From: Terriglobia bacterium
Lineage (GTDB): Bacteria; Acidobacteriota; Polarisedimenticolia; Polarisedimenticolales; JAIQFR01
DNA: 60,109 bases
Direction: 5' to 3'
NCBI GenBank assembly: GCA_963748015.1
Contig: CAVVHE010000007.1
Location: forward strand, 1 to 60,109
Shown: piece after piece, positions 1 to 7,958 of the stretch
Position numbering within the stretch: position 1 is the first letter of the stretch
How the letters are laid out: each line of letters starts with the position of its first letter
The notes under the pieces: generated by a model
The model's input: only the letters and a program-made list of their open reading frames with translations
Database searches by the model: none
What the model was told of the DNA's origin: nothing
Made by a program: the position numbers and the translations under genes

Positions 1-78
1 TCTCGACCGTCGCTGCGGCGGTCAATGGCGGCCGTTGCCCAGCGGCAACGCGCTTCCTGGCCTCGATCACCCATCAGG

Positions 79-97
79 GTTATACTATGAGTATAAC
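79..97. promoter_or_regulatory. Perfect inverted repeat GTTATACT-atg-AGTATAAC, probable TA autoregulatory operator overlapping a TATACT -10 element
   Basis: 8-bp perfect palindrome just upstream of the antitoxin ATG at 109. Confidence 0.7.
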
Positions 98-108
98 TCG
101 AGGTGACG

Positions 109-357
109 ATGAAGACGGCCATCTCCGTCCCGGATCCCCTGTACGACAGCATCGAGGCGTTCGTGAAGGCGGCGAGGATCTCGCGGAGCGAGTTCTATCA
201 ACGGGCCGCGAGGCTGTACCTCCGGTCGGTGTCCGCGAAGGCGGTCACCGCCAATCTCGACCGCGTGCACGACGCCGAGGAGCAACCGGGGGACGCCCTC
301 TTCCGCCGCGCCGCGCTGTCGCACCTTCGCGGGATCCTGGGGCGCGAGGAGCGATGA
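109..357 (+). CDS. Ribbon-helix-helix antitoxin (ChpI/MazE-like)
   Basis: MKTAISVPDPLY...ISRSEFY RHH pattern; ATGA overlap with the downstream toxin. Confidence 0.8.
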   Translation: MKTAISVPDPLYDSIEAFVKAARISRSEFYQRAARLYLRSVSAKAVTANLDRVHDAEEQPGDALFRRAALSHLRGILGREER

Positions 358-704
358 TCTCTCGAGGCGAGGTCCACTGGGTGGATTTCGGGGCGCCGCA
401 GGGCTCCGAGCCGGCGTTCCGGCGGCCGTGCGTGGTCGTCCAGAACGACGCGTTCAACGGGAGCAGGATCGCGACGGTCGTGGTCGCGGTGATCACGAGC
501 AACCTGCGGCTTGCACAAGCCTTCGGCAACGTCCTTCTCCGGAAAGGGGAGGCGGGACTGCGGCGAAGCAGCGTGGTGAACATCTCGCAGCTCGCCACGG
601 TCGATCGGTCCATGCTGGCCGGGCGAATCGGAAAGCTCAGCCGCCGCCGGTTGGGGGAAGTGCTGGAAGGAATCTACGCCCTGCTCAACCCCGTCGAGCG
701 TTAG
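354..704 (+). CDS. mazF: PemK/MazF family endoribonuclease toxin
   Basis: RGEVHWVDFGAPQGSEPAFRRPCVVVQND...VITSN...SVVNISQLATVDR, typical PemK/MazF. Confidence 0.92.
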   Translation: MISRGEVHWVDFGAPQGSEPAFRRPCVVVQNDAFNGSRIATVVVAVITSNLRLAQAFGNVLLRKGEAGLRRSSVVNISQLATVDRSMLAGRIGKLSRRRLGEVLEGIYALLNPVER

Positions 705-1028
705 GCCGCCGCCGACGGCTTCGCCCCCTCGAAGAGCCTCGAGAGCCACGCCTCCTTCCGCTCTCACGAGGGGTCACTCCCCACCACAGGCGAGTGCCCG
801 GACCGAGCTCCGCCGACGAGGCGACCTGTAGTATCGTGGCCCCCCGCGCCGGCTTCAATCGTGTGGGTTCCCCCCACGGGATCTTGCGGCTCGAATTGCA
901 CTTATGTACTCCGGGCCTATGTTTGATATCTGGAGGATTCCGAGGGCCTCTATGCCATTTTTGTGTGTTCGCATATTCGTACGAGTTGGCGACCTCGGTC
1001 GCTTCGAGCGAGGGTCGCGGGAGCATCC

Positions 1029-1427
1029 GTGAGGGCTGCGACGACTAGAGCGCGGATCCTGGTCGCGGACGACGACCCCGTGGCGGCGAGGTTCGTGGAG
1101 TCCCTGCTCGCGGAGAAGGGGTACGAGGTCCTCGTGGCCCCGGACGGCGAGCATGCGTTCGAGATCGCGATGAAGCTGAAGCCCGACCTGATCGTGAGCG
1201 ACCTCGTGATGCCCTACCGGGACGGGTTCGACATCGTCAGGGCGATCCGCGGGAGCCGCGCGCTCTCCGACGTGCCGATCGTGATCCTCTCGATGAAGGA
1301 CCGCGAGGAAGACATCGTTCTGGGCCTCGAGACCGGGGCCGACGACTACGTGGTGAAGCCCTTCAACGCCAGGGAGCTGCTCGCGCGGGTGCGCAAGCTC
1401 CTGGCGCGGGGAGGAGGGCGCGGCTGA
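1029..1427 (+). CDS. Single-domain response regulator receiver
   Basis: ILVADDD, phospho-acceptor in VSDLVMP, GADDYVVKPF; start codon uncertain. Confidence 0.9.
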   Translation: MRAATTRARILVADDDPVAARFVESLLAEKGYEVLVAPDGEHAFEIAMKLKPDLIVSDLVMPYRDGFDIVRAIRGSRALSDVPIVILSMKDREEDIVLGLETGADDYVVKPFNARELLARVRKLLARGGGRG

Positions 1428-2665
1428 TGTACGGCGTGCTGACCGTCACGATCCTCACCATCGGGGGCGTCTTCCTCCTGCTGACGTTCGTCATCGTGGC
1501 GAACAAGGCGTGGAGGGAGGTCCGAGCCAACTGGCGCCGCGCGCGCCGGCGCGTGCTCGAGCCCGCCATCCTCTCGTTCGCGCACGGCGAGGGACCCTCG
1601 GTCCTGCCGGCCCTCGGGGGCAGGCTGCGCCTGCGGGACCGCGGCGTCGCCGAGGAGATCCTGCTCGACCACGCGCAGCGGGTGCGAGGCGTCGAGCGGG
1701 AGCGTCTCGGCCGCGCGATGGACGAGCTGGGGTACGTGGACCGCTACCTCGCCGGCCTCGGCAGCCGCCGCTGGTGGCGCCGCGCCGACTCGGCCGAGAA
1801 GCTCGGGATCGCCGGGGCGGCCCGCGCGACCGGACTCCTCGCGCGGGCACTCTCGGACCCGGAGCCCGAGGTGCGGATCCGCGCCGCGAAGGCGCTCGGC
1901 CTCGTCGGCGGCAAGGCGGCGATCGCGCCGCTGGTCCACGCCCTTTCCGAGCCGAACCGCTGGTCCACGATCCGCATCGCCGACATCCTCGCGGAGATGA
2001 AGCACGACGTCGTCGAGGAGCTGGTCGCCGAGTTCGACGGCATGAACGAGCACGCGAAGCTCGCGGCGCTCGAAATCGTCGGGAGGATACGGAGCCTCTC
2101 GGTGGTCTCCTGGCTGCGGCAGCGGCTCGAGGACAAGGAGCGCGACGTGCGCGCCCGCGCCTGCCATGCCCTCGGCGCGATCGGCGACCCCGACTGCGGC
2201 GCCCCTCTCGTCAAGGCGCTCTCCGACTCCGAATGGCCGGTCCGCGCGATGGCCGCGAAGGCGCTCGGGAGGATCAAGCACGTCCCGGCGATCGCGGCGC
2301 TCTGCGGCGCGCTGCGGGACAAGGAGTGGTGGGTCCGCGCCAACGCGGCGGAGGCGCTGCGCGTCATGGGGCCGAAGGGGGACGAGGCGCTGGACCGGAT
2401 GCTCGACGACCGCGACGTCTACGCGCGGCACCAGGCGGTGCTGATGCTCGAGTCGTCCGGCGTTCTCGACCGGCAGGTGGCCCTCCTCGCGAAGCCCGAC
2501 GGCCCCGAGCGCGAGGCGGCCGAATCGCTCGTGCGGCGGTTCGTCCGCGTCGGGCAGCTGGGGCGGCTGCGCGAGCTGCTCGAGACCCACCCCGACGCGC
2601 GCGTGAAGGAGGCGCTGGCGGGCCTCCTCGGCGTCGCCGGCCAGCAGACGGAGGGGGCGCGATGA
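1427..2665 (+). CDS. Membrane-anchored HEAT/PBS-lyase repeat protein
   Basis: N-terminal TM helix; repeated LxDxxxxVRxxAAxALG units; TGATG coupling to the receiver gene. Confidence 0.88.
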   Translation: MYGVLTVTILTIGGVFLLLTFVIVANKAWREVRANWRRARRRVLEPAILSFAHGEGPSVLPALGGRLRLRDRGVAEEILLDHAQRVRGVERERLGRAMDELGYVDRYLAGLGSRRWWRRADSAEKLGIAGAARATGLLARALSDPEPEVRIRAAKALGLVGGKAAIAPLVHALSEPNRWSTIRIADILAEMKHDVVEELVAEFDGMNEHAKLAALEIVGRIRSLSVVSWLRQRLEDKERDVRARACHALGAIGDPDCGAPLVKALSDSEWPVRAMAAKALGRIKHVPAIAALCGALRDKEWWVRANAAEALRVMGPKGDEALDRMLDDRDVYARHQAVLMLESSGVLDRQVALLAKPDGPEREAAESLVRRFVRVGQLGRLRELLETHPDARVKEALAGLLGVAGQQTEGAR

Positions 2666-4113
2666 ACTGGCTGGGCTGGCTCACCTGGGGCGTCGTCGCG
2701 TTCAACGTCTTCGTCCTGGTCTACTTCCTGGTGCTGAACAGCATCTACCTCGGGCTGTTCGTCATCTCGCTCGTCGAGGTGGTGCGGTTCGTCCGCCGGA
2801 CGTTCTTCTCGGACTACCGCCAGATCATGCAGTCCGAGATGACCTGGCCGATCTCGGTCCTCGTCGCGGCCCACAACGAGGAGAAGACCATCGTCGAGAC
2901 CGTGCGCTCGCTGATGATGGTCAACTACGGCGAGTTCGAGATCGTCGTGATCAACGACGGCTCCACCGACGGCACCCTGAAGTGCCTCGTGGACGCGTTC
3001 GAGCTCCGGCGGATGGACCGCGTGTACCGGCGCTCGATCCCGACCGAGCCGGTGCGCGGCGTATTCGGCTCCCTCGCCCACGCCAACCTCACCGTCGTGG
3101 ACAAGGACAAGGGCGGGAAGTCCGACGCGCTCAACGCCGGGATCAACCTCAGCCGCTACCCGCTGTTCTGCTCCATCGACGCCGACTCGATCATCGAGGA
3201 CAACGCCCTCCTCCGGGTCGTGAAGCCGTTCATGGAGCGGCCGGCGGAGACGGTGGCGGCGGGCGGCATCGTCCGCATCGTCAACGGGTGCGAGATCCGC
3301 GACGGGCGCGTCGTGCGGATCGAGCTGCCCGACAAGCCGCTCCCGATCTTCCAGGTCGTCGAGTACCTCCGCGCGTTCCTCACCGGCCGCGTCGGTTGGA
3401 GCGCGCTGCAGTCGCTGCTGATCATCTCCGGCGCGTTCGGGATCTACCGGAAGGACGTCGTCGTCGAGATCGGCGGCTACTCCCGGTACACCGACACCGA
3501 GGACCTCGAGCTGGTCGTCCGCCTGCACGAGCACATGCGCCGCAAGAAGCGCAAGTACCGGATCGTGTTCGTGCCCGACCCGGTGTGCTGGACCGAGGCC
3601 CCCGAGACCGCCGCCGTGCTGAACCGACAGCGGAACCGCTGGCACCGCGGCCTCGTCCGCACCCTCTGGACCCACCGGCGGATGATGTTCAACCCGCGCT
3701 ACGGCTCCGTCGGGCTGGTCGCGTTCCCGTACTTCTTCCTGTTCGAGATGCTCGGGCCGTTCGTCGAGATCCTCGGCTACGCCGTGGTGGCGCTGTCGTA
3801 CCTCCTCGGCATCCTGAACCTGGAGTTCTTCCTGCTGTTCCTCGGCGTGTCGGTCCTGTACGGGGTCTTCCTGTCCATCGCGGCGATCCTCCTCGAGGAG
3901 ATCTCGTTCCGCAGGTATCCGGGGTGGCTAGACCTGACCAAGCTGGTCGTGTTCGGCATCCTCGAGAACTTCGGCTACCGGCAGATGAACTCGCTGTTCA
4001 AGGTCAAGGCGTTCTGGGACGTGATCCGGCGGCGCCGCGCTTGGGGCCGCATGGAGCGCGCCGGCTTCCGCGAATCCGAGCCCGCCAAGGCCGGTTCGCA
4101 GGCCGCGAAGTAG
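2662..4113 (+). CDS. Membrane-embedded processive GT2 glycosyltransferase (PgaC/IcaA-like)
   Basis: DGSTD, GKSDALN, DADS, TEDLEL and QRNRW motifs; N- and C-terminal TM helices; ATGA overlap. Confidence 0.92.
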   Translation: MNWLGWLTWGVVAFNVFVLVYFLVLNSIYLGLFVISLVEVVRFVRRTFFSDYRQIMQSEMTWPISVLVAAHNEEKTIVETVRSLMMVNYGEFEIVVINDGSTDGTLKCLVDAFELRRMDRVYRRSIPTEPVRGVFGSLAHANLTVVDKDKGGKSDALNAGINLSRYPLFCSIDADSIIEDNALLRVVKPFMERPAETVAAGGIVRIVNGCEIRDGRVVRIELPDKPLPIFQVVEYLRAFLTGRVGWSALQSLLIISGAFGIYRKDVVVEIGGYSRYTDTEDLELVVRLHEHMRRKKRKYRIVFVPDPVCWTEAPETAAVLNRQRNRWHRGLVRTLWTHRRMMFNPRYGSVGLVAFPYFFLFEMLGPFVEILGYAVVALSYLLGILNLEFFLLFLGVSVLYGVFLSIAAILLEEISFRRYPGWLDLTKLVVFGILENFGYRQMNSLFKVKAFWDVIRRRRAWGRMERAGFRESEPAKAGSQAAK

Positions 4114-4158
4114 CCATGCCTACCGCCTGCGTTTCCCGATACAGTCGGTCGTGGTCCC

Positions 4159-4423
4159 GCGCCGGGCGGACGGGAACGTCCTTCCGGGGCACGCTCGCTC
4201 GGACGACGATGCGTCGTCCTCGCTCGCTCCGGTTTCGCGCGGCTGCGGTCCGGTGGGTCCTCGCAGCGCGAAACAGGGCCCCGGAAGGACGTTTCCCGTC
4301 CGCCCGGCGCTGCGCGTGGTCGTGTGTCCTCGCTCGCTCCGGTTCTGCGCGGCTGCGGTCCGGTGGGTCCTCGCAGCGCGAAACAGGGCCCCGGGAGGAC
4401 GACTCCCGTCCGCCCGGCGCTGC
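4159..4423. repeat. Palindromic three-way-junction element (family B) followed by a 110-bp tandem partial copy
   Basis: 4159-4190 is a near-perfect reverse complement of 4278-4310 and encloses two hairpins; about 4216-4313 is repeated at about 4326-4423. Confidence 0.85.
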
Positions 4424-4469
4424 ATCGTGGGCAAGTCACGAGCGAGCGAGAACATCGAGGCTTCGGGTC

Positions 4470-5418
4470 ATGAGCGGCGGGCGCGGGACGGCGTGGATGG
4501 CGGCGAGGGTGGCGCTGACGCTGGCTGCTGCTCGCGCTGATCCTGCGGAAGGTGTCGCCGGGGGAGATCGCGGGGGCGCTGGCGGGGGCGGCGGTGTGGC
4601 CGCTCGTCGCGGGGCTGGCGCTGGGGGCGGGGTTCACGGCCGTGAAGGCGTTCCGGTGGGGGTGGCTGCTGCGACGGCTGGGTGTCGCGTGCGCTCCGAA
4701 CGAGGCGCTCCATTCGTACCTGGGCGGGATGGCGGTCGGGCTGACGACGCCGGGACGGGTCGGCGAGGTCGCGCGCTCTTTGTACATGGCGGCGCCGGAT
4801 CGGGCGTACGTGAGCGGCGCCGCGCTCGTGGACAAGGTGCTCGACGTGACGGTCATCGTCGCGGCGGGGGCGGCGGGGTGCGCCGCGCAAGGGTTCCTCG
4901 CCGCGGCGGCGCTGCTGTCCCTCTTCGCCGTGGCGCTCCTCACCGGGATATTCCTGCCGGCGAGGGCCGTGTCTGCGGCGGCGCGGGCGGTCCCGTTCGC
5001 GCCCGCGCGCAGTCTGGCGGAGAGGCTCGTCCGGCCGGCGGCCGATGCGCGGCACGGAACGCGCGCGCTGGCGCTCCTCCAGGCGGCCGGCGCGTTCGTC
5101 CTGGCCGCGGTGCAGTTCCACCTCTTTCTTTCGGCGTTCGTCGCCGCGCCGGCCCGCGCGACGGTCTTCGTGATGCCGCTCCTGGTCCTCTCCAACCTGA
5201 TTCCCGTCACGCTCTCCGGGGTCGGGATCCGCGAGTGGGCCTCGGTGATCCTGTTCTCGACCTATTCGGTGCCGGGTGCCATCGCGGTGAACGTGGCATT
5301 GCTCGTGTTCTTCTCGAACTCGCTCGTGCCGGGGCTGGCGGGCGCGGCGATCGCGCCGCGGTGGCGCGTACCCGCCGGGCCGGCGGAGCGCGGCGCGGTC
5401 GGCGAGGCGGCGCGATGA
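4470..5418 (+). CDS. Lysylphosphatidylglycerol synthase TM / UPF0104 flippase-like protein (apparent frameshift near 4523)
   Basis: KAFRWGWLL, TPGRVGEVAR and PVTLSGVGIRE motifs; the N-terminal TM segment starts in another frame at 4470. Confidence 0.78.
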
Positions 5419-7958
5419 TCGCGCTCGCTTTCCCGCCGCTCCTGACGGCGCTCGCCCTCGCGGCGGCGCTGTGGCCGTGGACCTCGCGCTACGACGGGCG
5501 GCCGACCGTGCGTTTGCTCGCGGCCCTCGTGGGCGCCTCGCTCCTCCAGGTGCTGTTGCAGGTGTTCCTCGGCTCGTTCGGCGTGCTGACGCCGATGTCG
5601 CTCTTCGTCCTCGCGTGGGTCGTCGCGGTGGCCGGGGGCGTCGCGGGGCTCCGCTACCGCGTGCCGCATCCCGCGCCCCCGCTCCCGCCCGGCCCGGTCT
5701 CGCCGCTCGCGCGGCTGTGGTCGCGCGCCGGGCTCGCGCCGCCGACGCCTCTCGGCCTCGCGCTGGGGATCGTGGCCGTGGCGTTCTACGCGCTCCTCGT
5801 CGGCATCGCGGCGCTGGTGCCGCCGTACGGCTGGGACACGCTCACCTACCACCTGTCCGACGTGTTCCACCCGGCGGCGACCGGCACGCTGTCCCTGTTC
5901 CCCTACCCGGGCCGGAGCTCCTACTACCCGAAGGCCGGCGAGCTGCACGAGCTGTGGGCGTTCCTGCTGTCCGGGGCGAAGGACGCCTCGTGGCGCGCGA
6001 TCTCCGTGGGCCTGTTCCCCCTCGGCCTGACCGCGGGGGTCGCGGTGCGCACCGCCTGCCTCGGCCTCTCGCTCCGCGCGGGGCTCGGCTGGGTCGTGCC
6101 GGCGATGGCGCTGACCCCCGTGATGCTGATCCAGCCCGTCGCCGGGTACGTGGACACGGCGTTCGCCGCGTTCCTCCTCGCGGCGCTCGCGTTCGCGATC
6201 CTCGCCGCGGTGGAGGGGCGCGTCGCGCACCTCGCTCTCTGCGCCGTGGCGTCCGGCCTCGCGATGGGCGTGAAGATCTCCTTCATCTATTACTGCCTGC
6301 CGGTGGTCGCGGTCCTCGCGGGCGCTCGCGTGTGGCGCCTGCTCTCGGCGGGGGAGACCCGGCAGGTCCTCGCGCGTCTCCTGCTGCTCCTCGCCTGCTT
6401 CTCCGCGGGGTGCGGCTTCTGGCTGGGACGCAACCTGCTGACGACGGGGAACCCGATCTACCCGACCCGCGTGAGCGTCGCCGGCGTCACGATCCTGCCG
6501 GGGCCGCGCGACATCCATCCGACGAAGCGGCAGCAGTCGTGGTTCGTTCCGGACACGGTCTCGTGGGCGCGCTACCCGTTCCTGGAGACGTTCCACGAGA
6601 GGCCGGCGTACACCCTCGAGAACGGCTTCGGCCCGCTGTTCGCGGCGGGGCTCGTGGCGACGCTCGCCGCGTTCGTCCTCGCGATCCGCCGCCGGCTGTG
6701 GGTGCTCGCCCGCGCGCTCGCCGCCGTGCCGCTCACGGTCGTGCCGTTCATCGCGATCAGCCCGTACCAGGAGCCGCGCTACGTCATCGCCTGCTGCGGC
6801 TTCGCGCTGATCGGTCTCGCGGCGGCCGTCGAGGCGGCCGCGGGCGGCCTCGGGGAGACGGACCGTCTCCCGGGCGACGGCCCGCGCGCGGCGGGGCGCG
6901 GACCCCTGCGCCTCGCGCACGCCGCGATCGCGCTCGGCATCGTCTTCGGCGCCGTCGGCGGCGCGGTCTCGGCGGCGGAAGGGCTCGACCAGGTCGTCGC
7001 CCAGTACCGTCACGGGAGCTGGAGCCCCGAGAAGTACTACCGCATCGCGTACGGCACGGCGGGGGACGCGTTCAACTGGCTCGCGTCCGATGCGGGCGCG
7101 GGCAAGACCGTGACCCTCACCAACACCAGCTTCATGGCCCCGCTCTACGGCTGGAACGGGCGGAACCGCTTCGTCTACCGCGCCACCCCGGACGACCCGC
7201 CGGTCGGCCAAGGGCCGCGCTGCCGCACGTACGCGGGCTGGCGGAAGTTCCTTCTCGACTCGCGCGTGGACTGGATCGTGGTCTGGGTCCCGTGGTGGGG
7301 CGAGGAGGGCGCGGTGCGGACGGAGGGGTGGATCCGCGGGCACCCCGAGGGATTCGAGCAGGTGAAGGAGTTCGGCGGCCCCGAGCAGGTGCGCGCGAGG
7401 ATCTACCGCCCGGTGTTCTCCGCCGAAGAGCGTGAAACGCTCGCGGCCGCGGGGAGCGGCCCCGACTTCGCCGCCCTCGACGCCGCGCCGTCGTGGTTCC
7501 TCGAGTACCGCGCGGGGGCCGAGGCCAGGATCTCGCCCGACCCGGCGGGGGGCGTTCGCCTCGACTACTCGTTCGGGACCGCGCAGAACGATTACGCCGA
7601 CCTTCGCGCCGAGGTCGAGGAAGGGGACTGGTCGGCGTTCCGTTACCTCTCGTTCGACCTCGACGCGCCGCCCGGCGCGGCGCTGCTGTTCGTGTACCTC
7701 AAGGACCGCGACCCGCGGAGGGCAAGCCGCTACCGGCTCGACCTGCGCGACGGCGGGACGCGGCGCGTGCGGCTCGACCTCGACGAGCCCGAATGGCAGA
7801 CTCCGGATTTCGGGCTGCGCGACGTGGCCGAGATCCACCTGGTGATCGACGACCCCGAGGATGCGCTGACCGGGAAGGGAACGCTGCGGGTCGCGGGGTT
7901 CCGGCTCGAGCCGGATTCCGCCGCCGCGCGGGCCGCGAAGGGGGAGGGAGCGAGATGA
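5415..7958 (+). CDS. Polytopic membrane protein, GT-C-like, with C-terminal soluble carbohydrate-binding-like domain
   Basis: Many TM helices; WDTLTYHL, YPKAGEL, GYVD and RNLLTTGNPIYP motifs typical of GT-C-like proteins; beta-rich tail (DWSAFRYLSFDL). Confidence 0.65.
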   Translation: MIALAFPPLLTALALAAALWPWTSRYDGRPTVRLLAALVGASLLQVLLQVFLGSFGVLTPMSLFVLAWVVAVAGGVAGLRYRVPHPAPPLPPGPVSPLARLWSRAGLAPPTPLGLALGIVAVAFYALLVGIAALVPPYGWDTLTYHLSDVFHPAATGTLSLFPYPGRSSYYPKAGELHELWAFLLSGAKDASWRAISVGLFPLGLTAGVAVRTACLGLSLRAGLGWVVPAMALTPVMLIQPVAGYVDTAFAAFLLAALAFAILAAVEGRVAHLALCAVASGLAMGVKISFIYYCLPVVAVLAGARVWRLLSAGETRQVLARLLLLLACFSAGCGFWLGRNLLTTGNPIYPTRVSVAGVTILPGPRDIHPTKRQQSWFVPDTVSWARYPFLETFHERPAYTLENGFGPLFAAGLVATLAAFVLAIRRRLWVLARALAAVPLTVVPFIAISPYQEPRYVIACCGFALIGLAAAVEAAAGGLGETDRLPGDGPRAAGRGPLRLAHAAIALGIVFGAVGGAVSAAEGLDQVVAQYRHGSWSPEKYYRIAYGTAGDAFNWLASDAGAGKTVTLTNTSFMAPLYGWNGRNRFVYRATPDDPPVGQGPRCRTYAGWRKFLLDSRVDWIVVWVPWWGEEGAVRTEGWIRGHPEGFEQVKEFGGPEQVRARIYRPVFSAEERETLAAAGSGPDFAALDAAPSWFLEYRAGAEARISPDPAGGVRLDYSFGTAQNDYADLRAEVEEGDWSAFRYLSFDLDAPPGAALLFVYLKDRDPRRASRYRLDLRDGGTRRVRLDLDEPEWQTPDFGLRDVAEIHLVIDDPEDALTGKGTLRVAGFRLEPDSAAARAAKGEGAR

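Noticed and set aside
700..706. GTTAGGC at the end of mazF as an attC core
   Set aside because: No upstream RYYYAAC or L-box hairpin; likely chance.
2982..7958. 1658-aa ORF and other long Arg/Gly/Pro-rich ORFs in the six-frame track (e.g. 1510-4113, 41671-44268, many antisense frames)
   Set aside because: GC-rich shadow frames; the real starts are the downstream coupled ATG/GTG codons.
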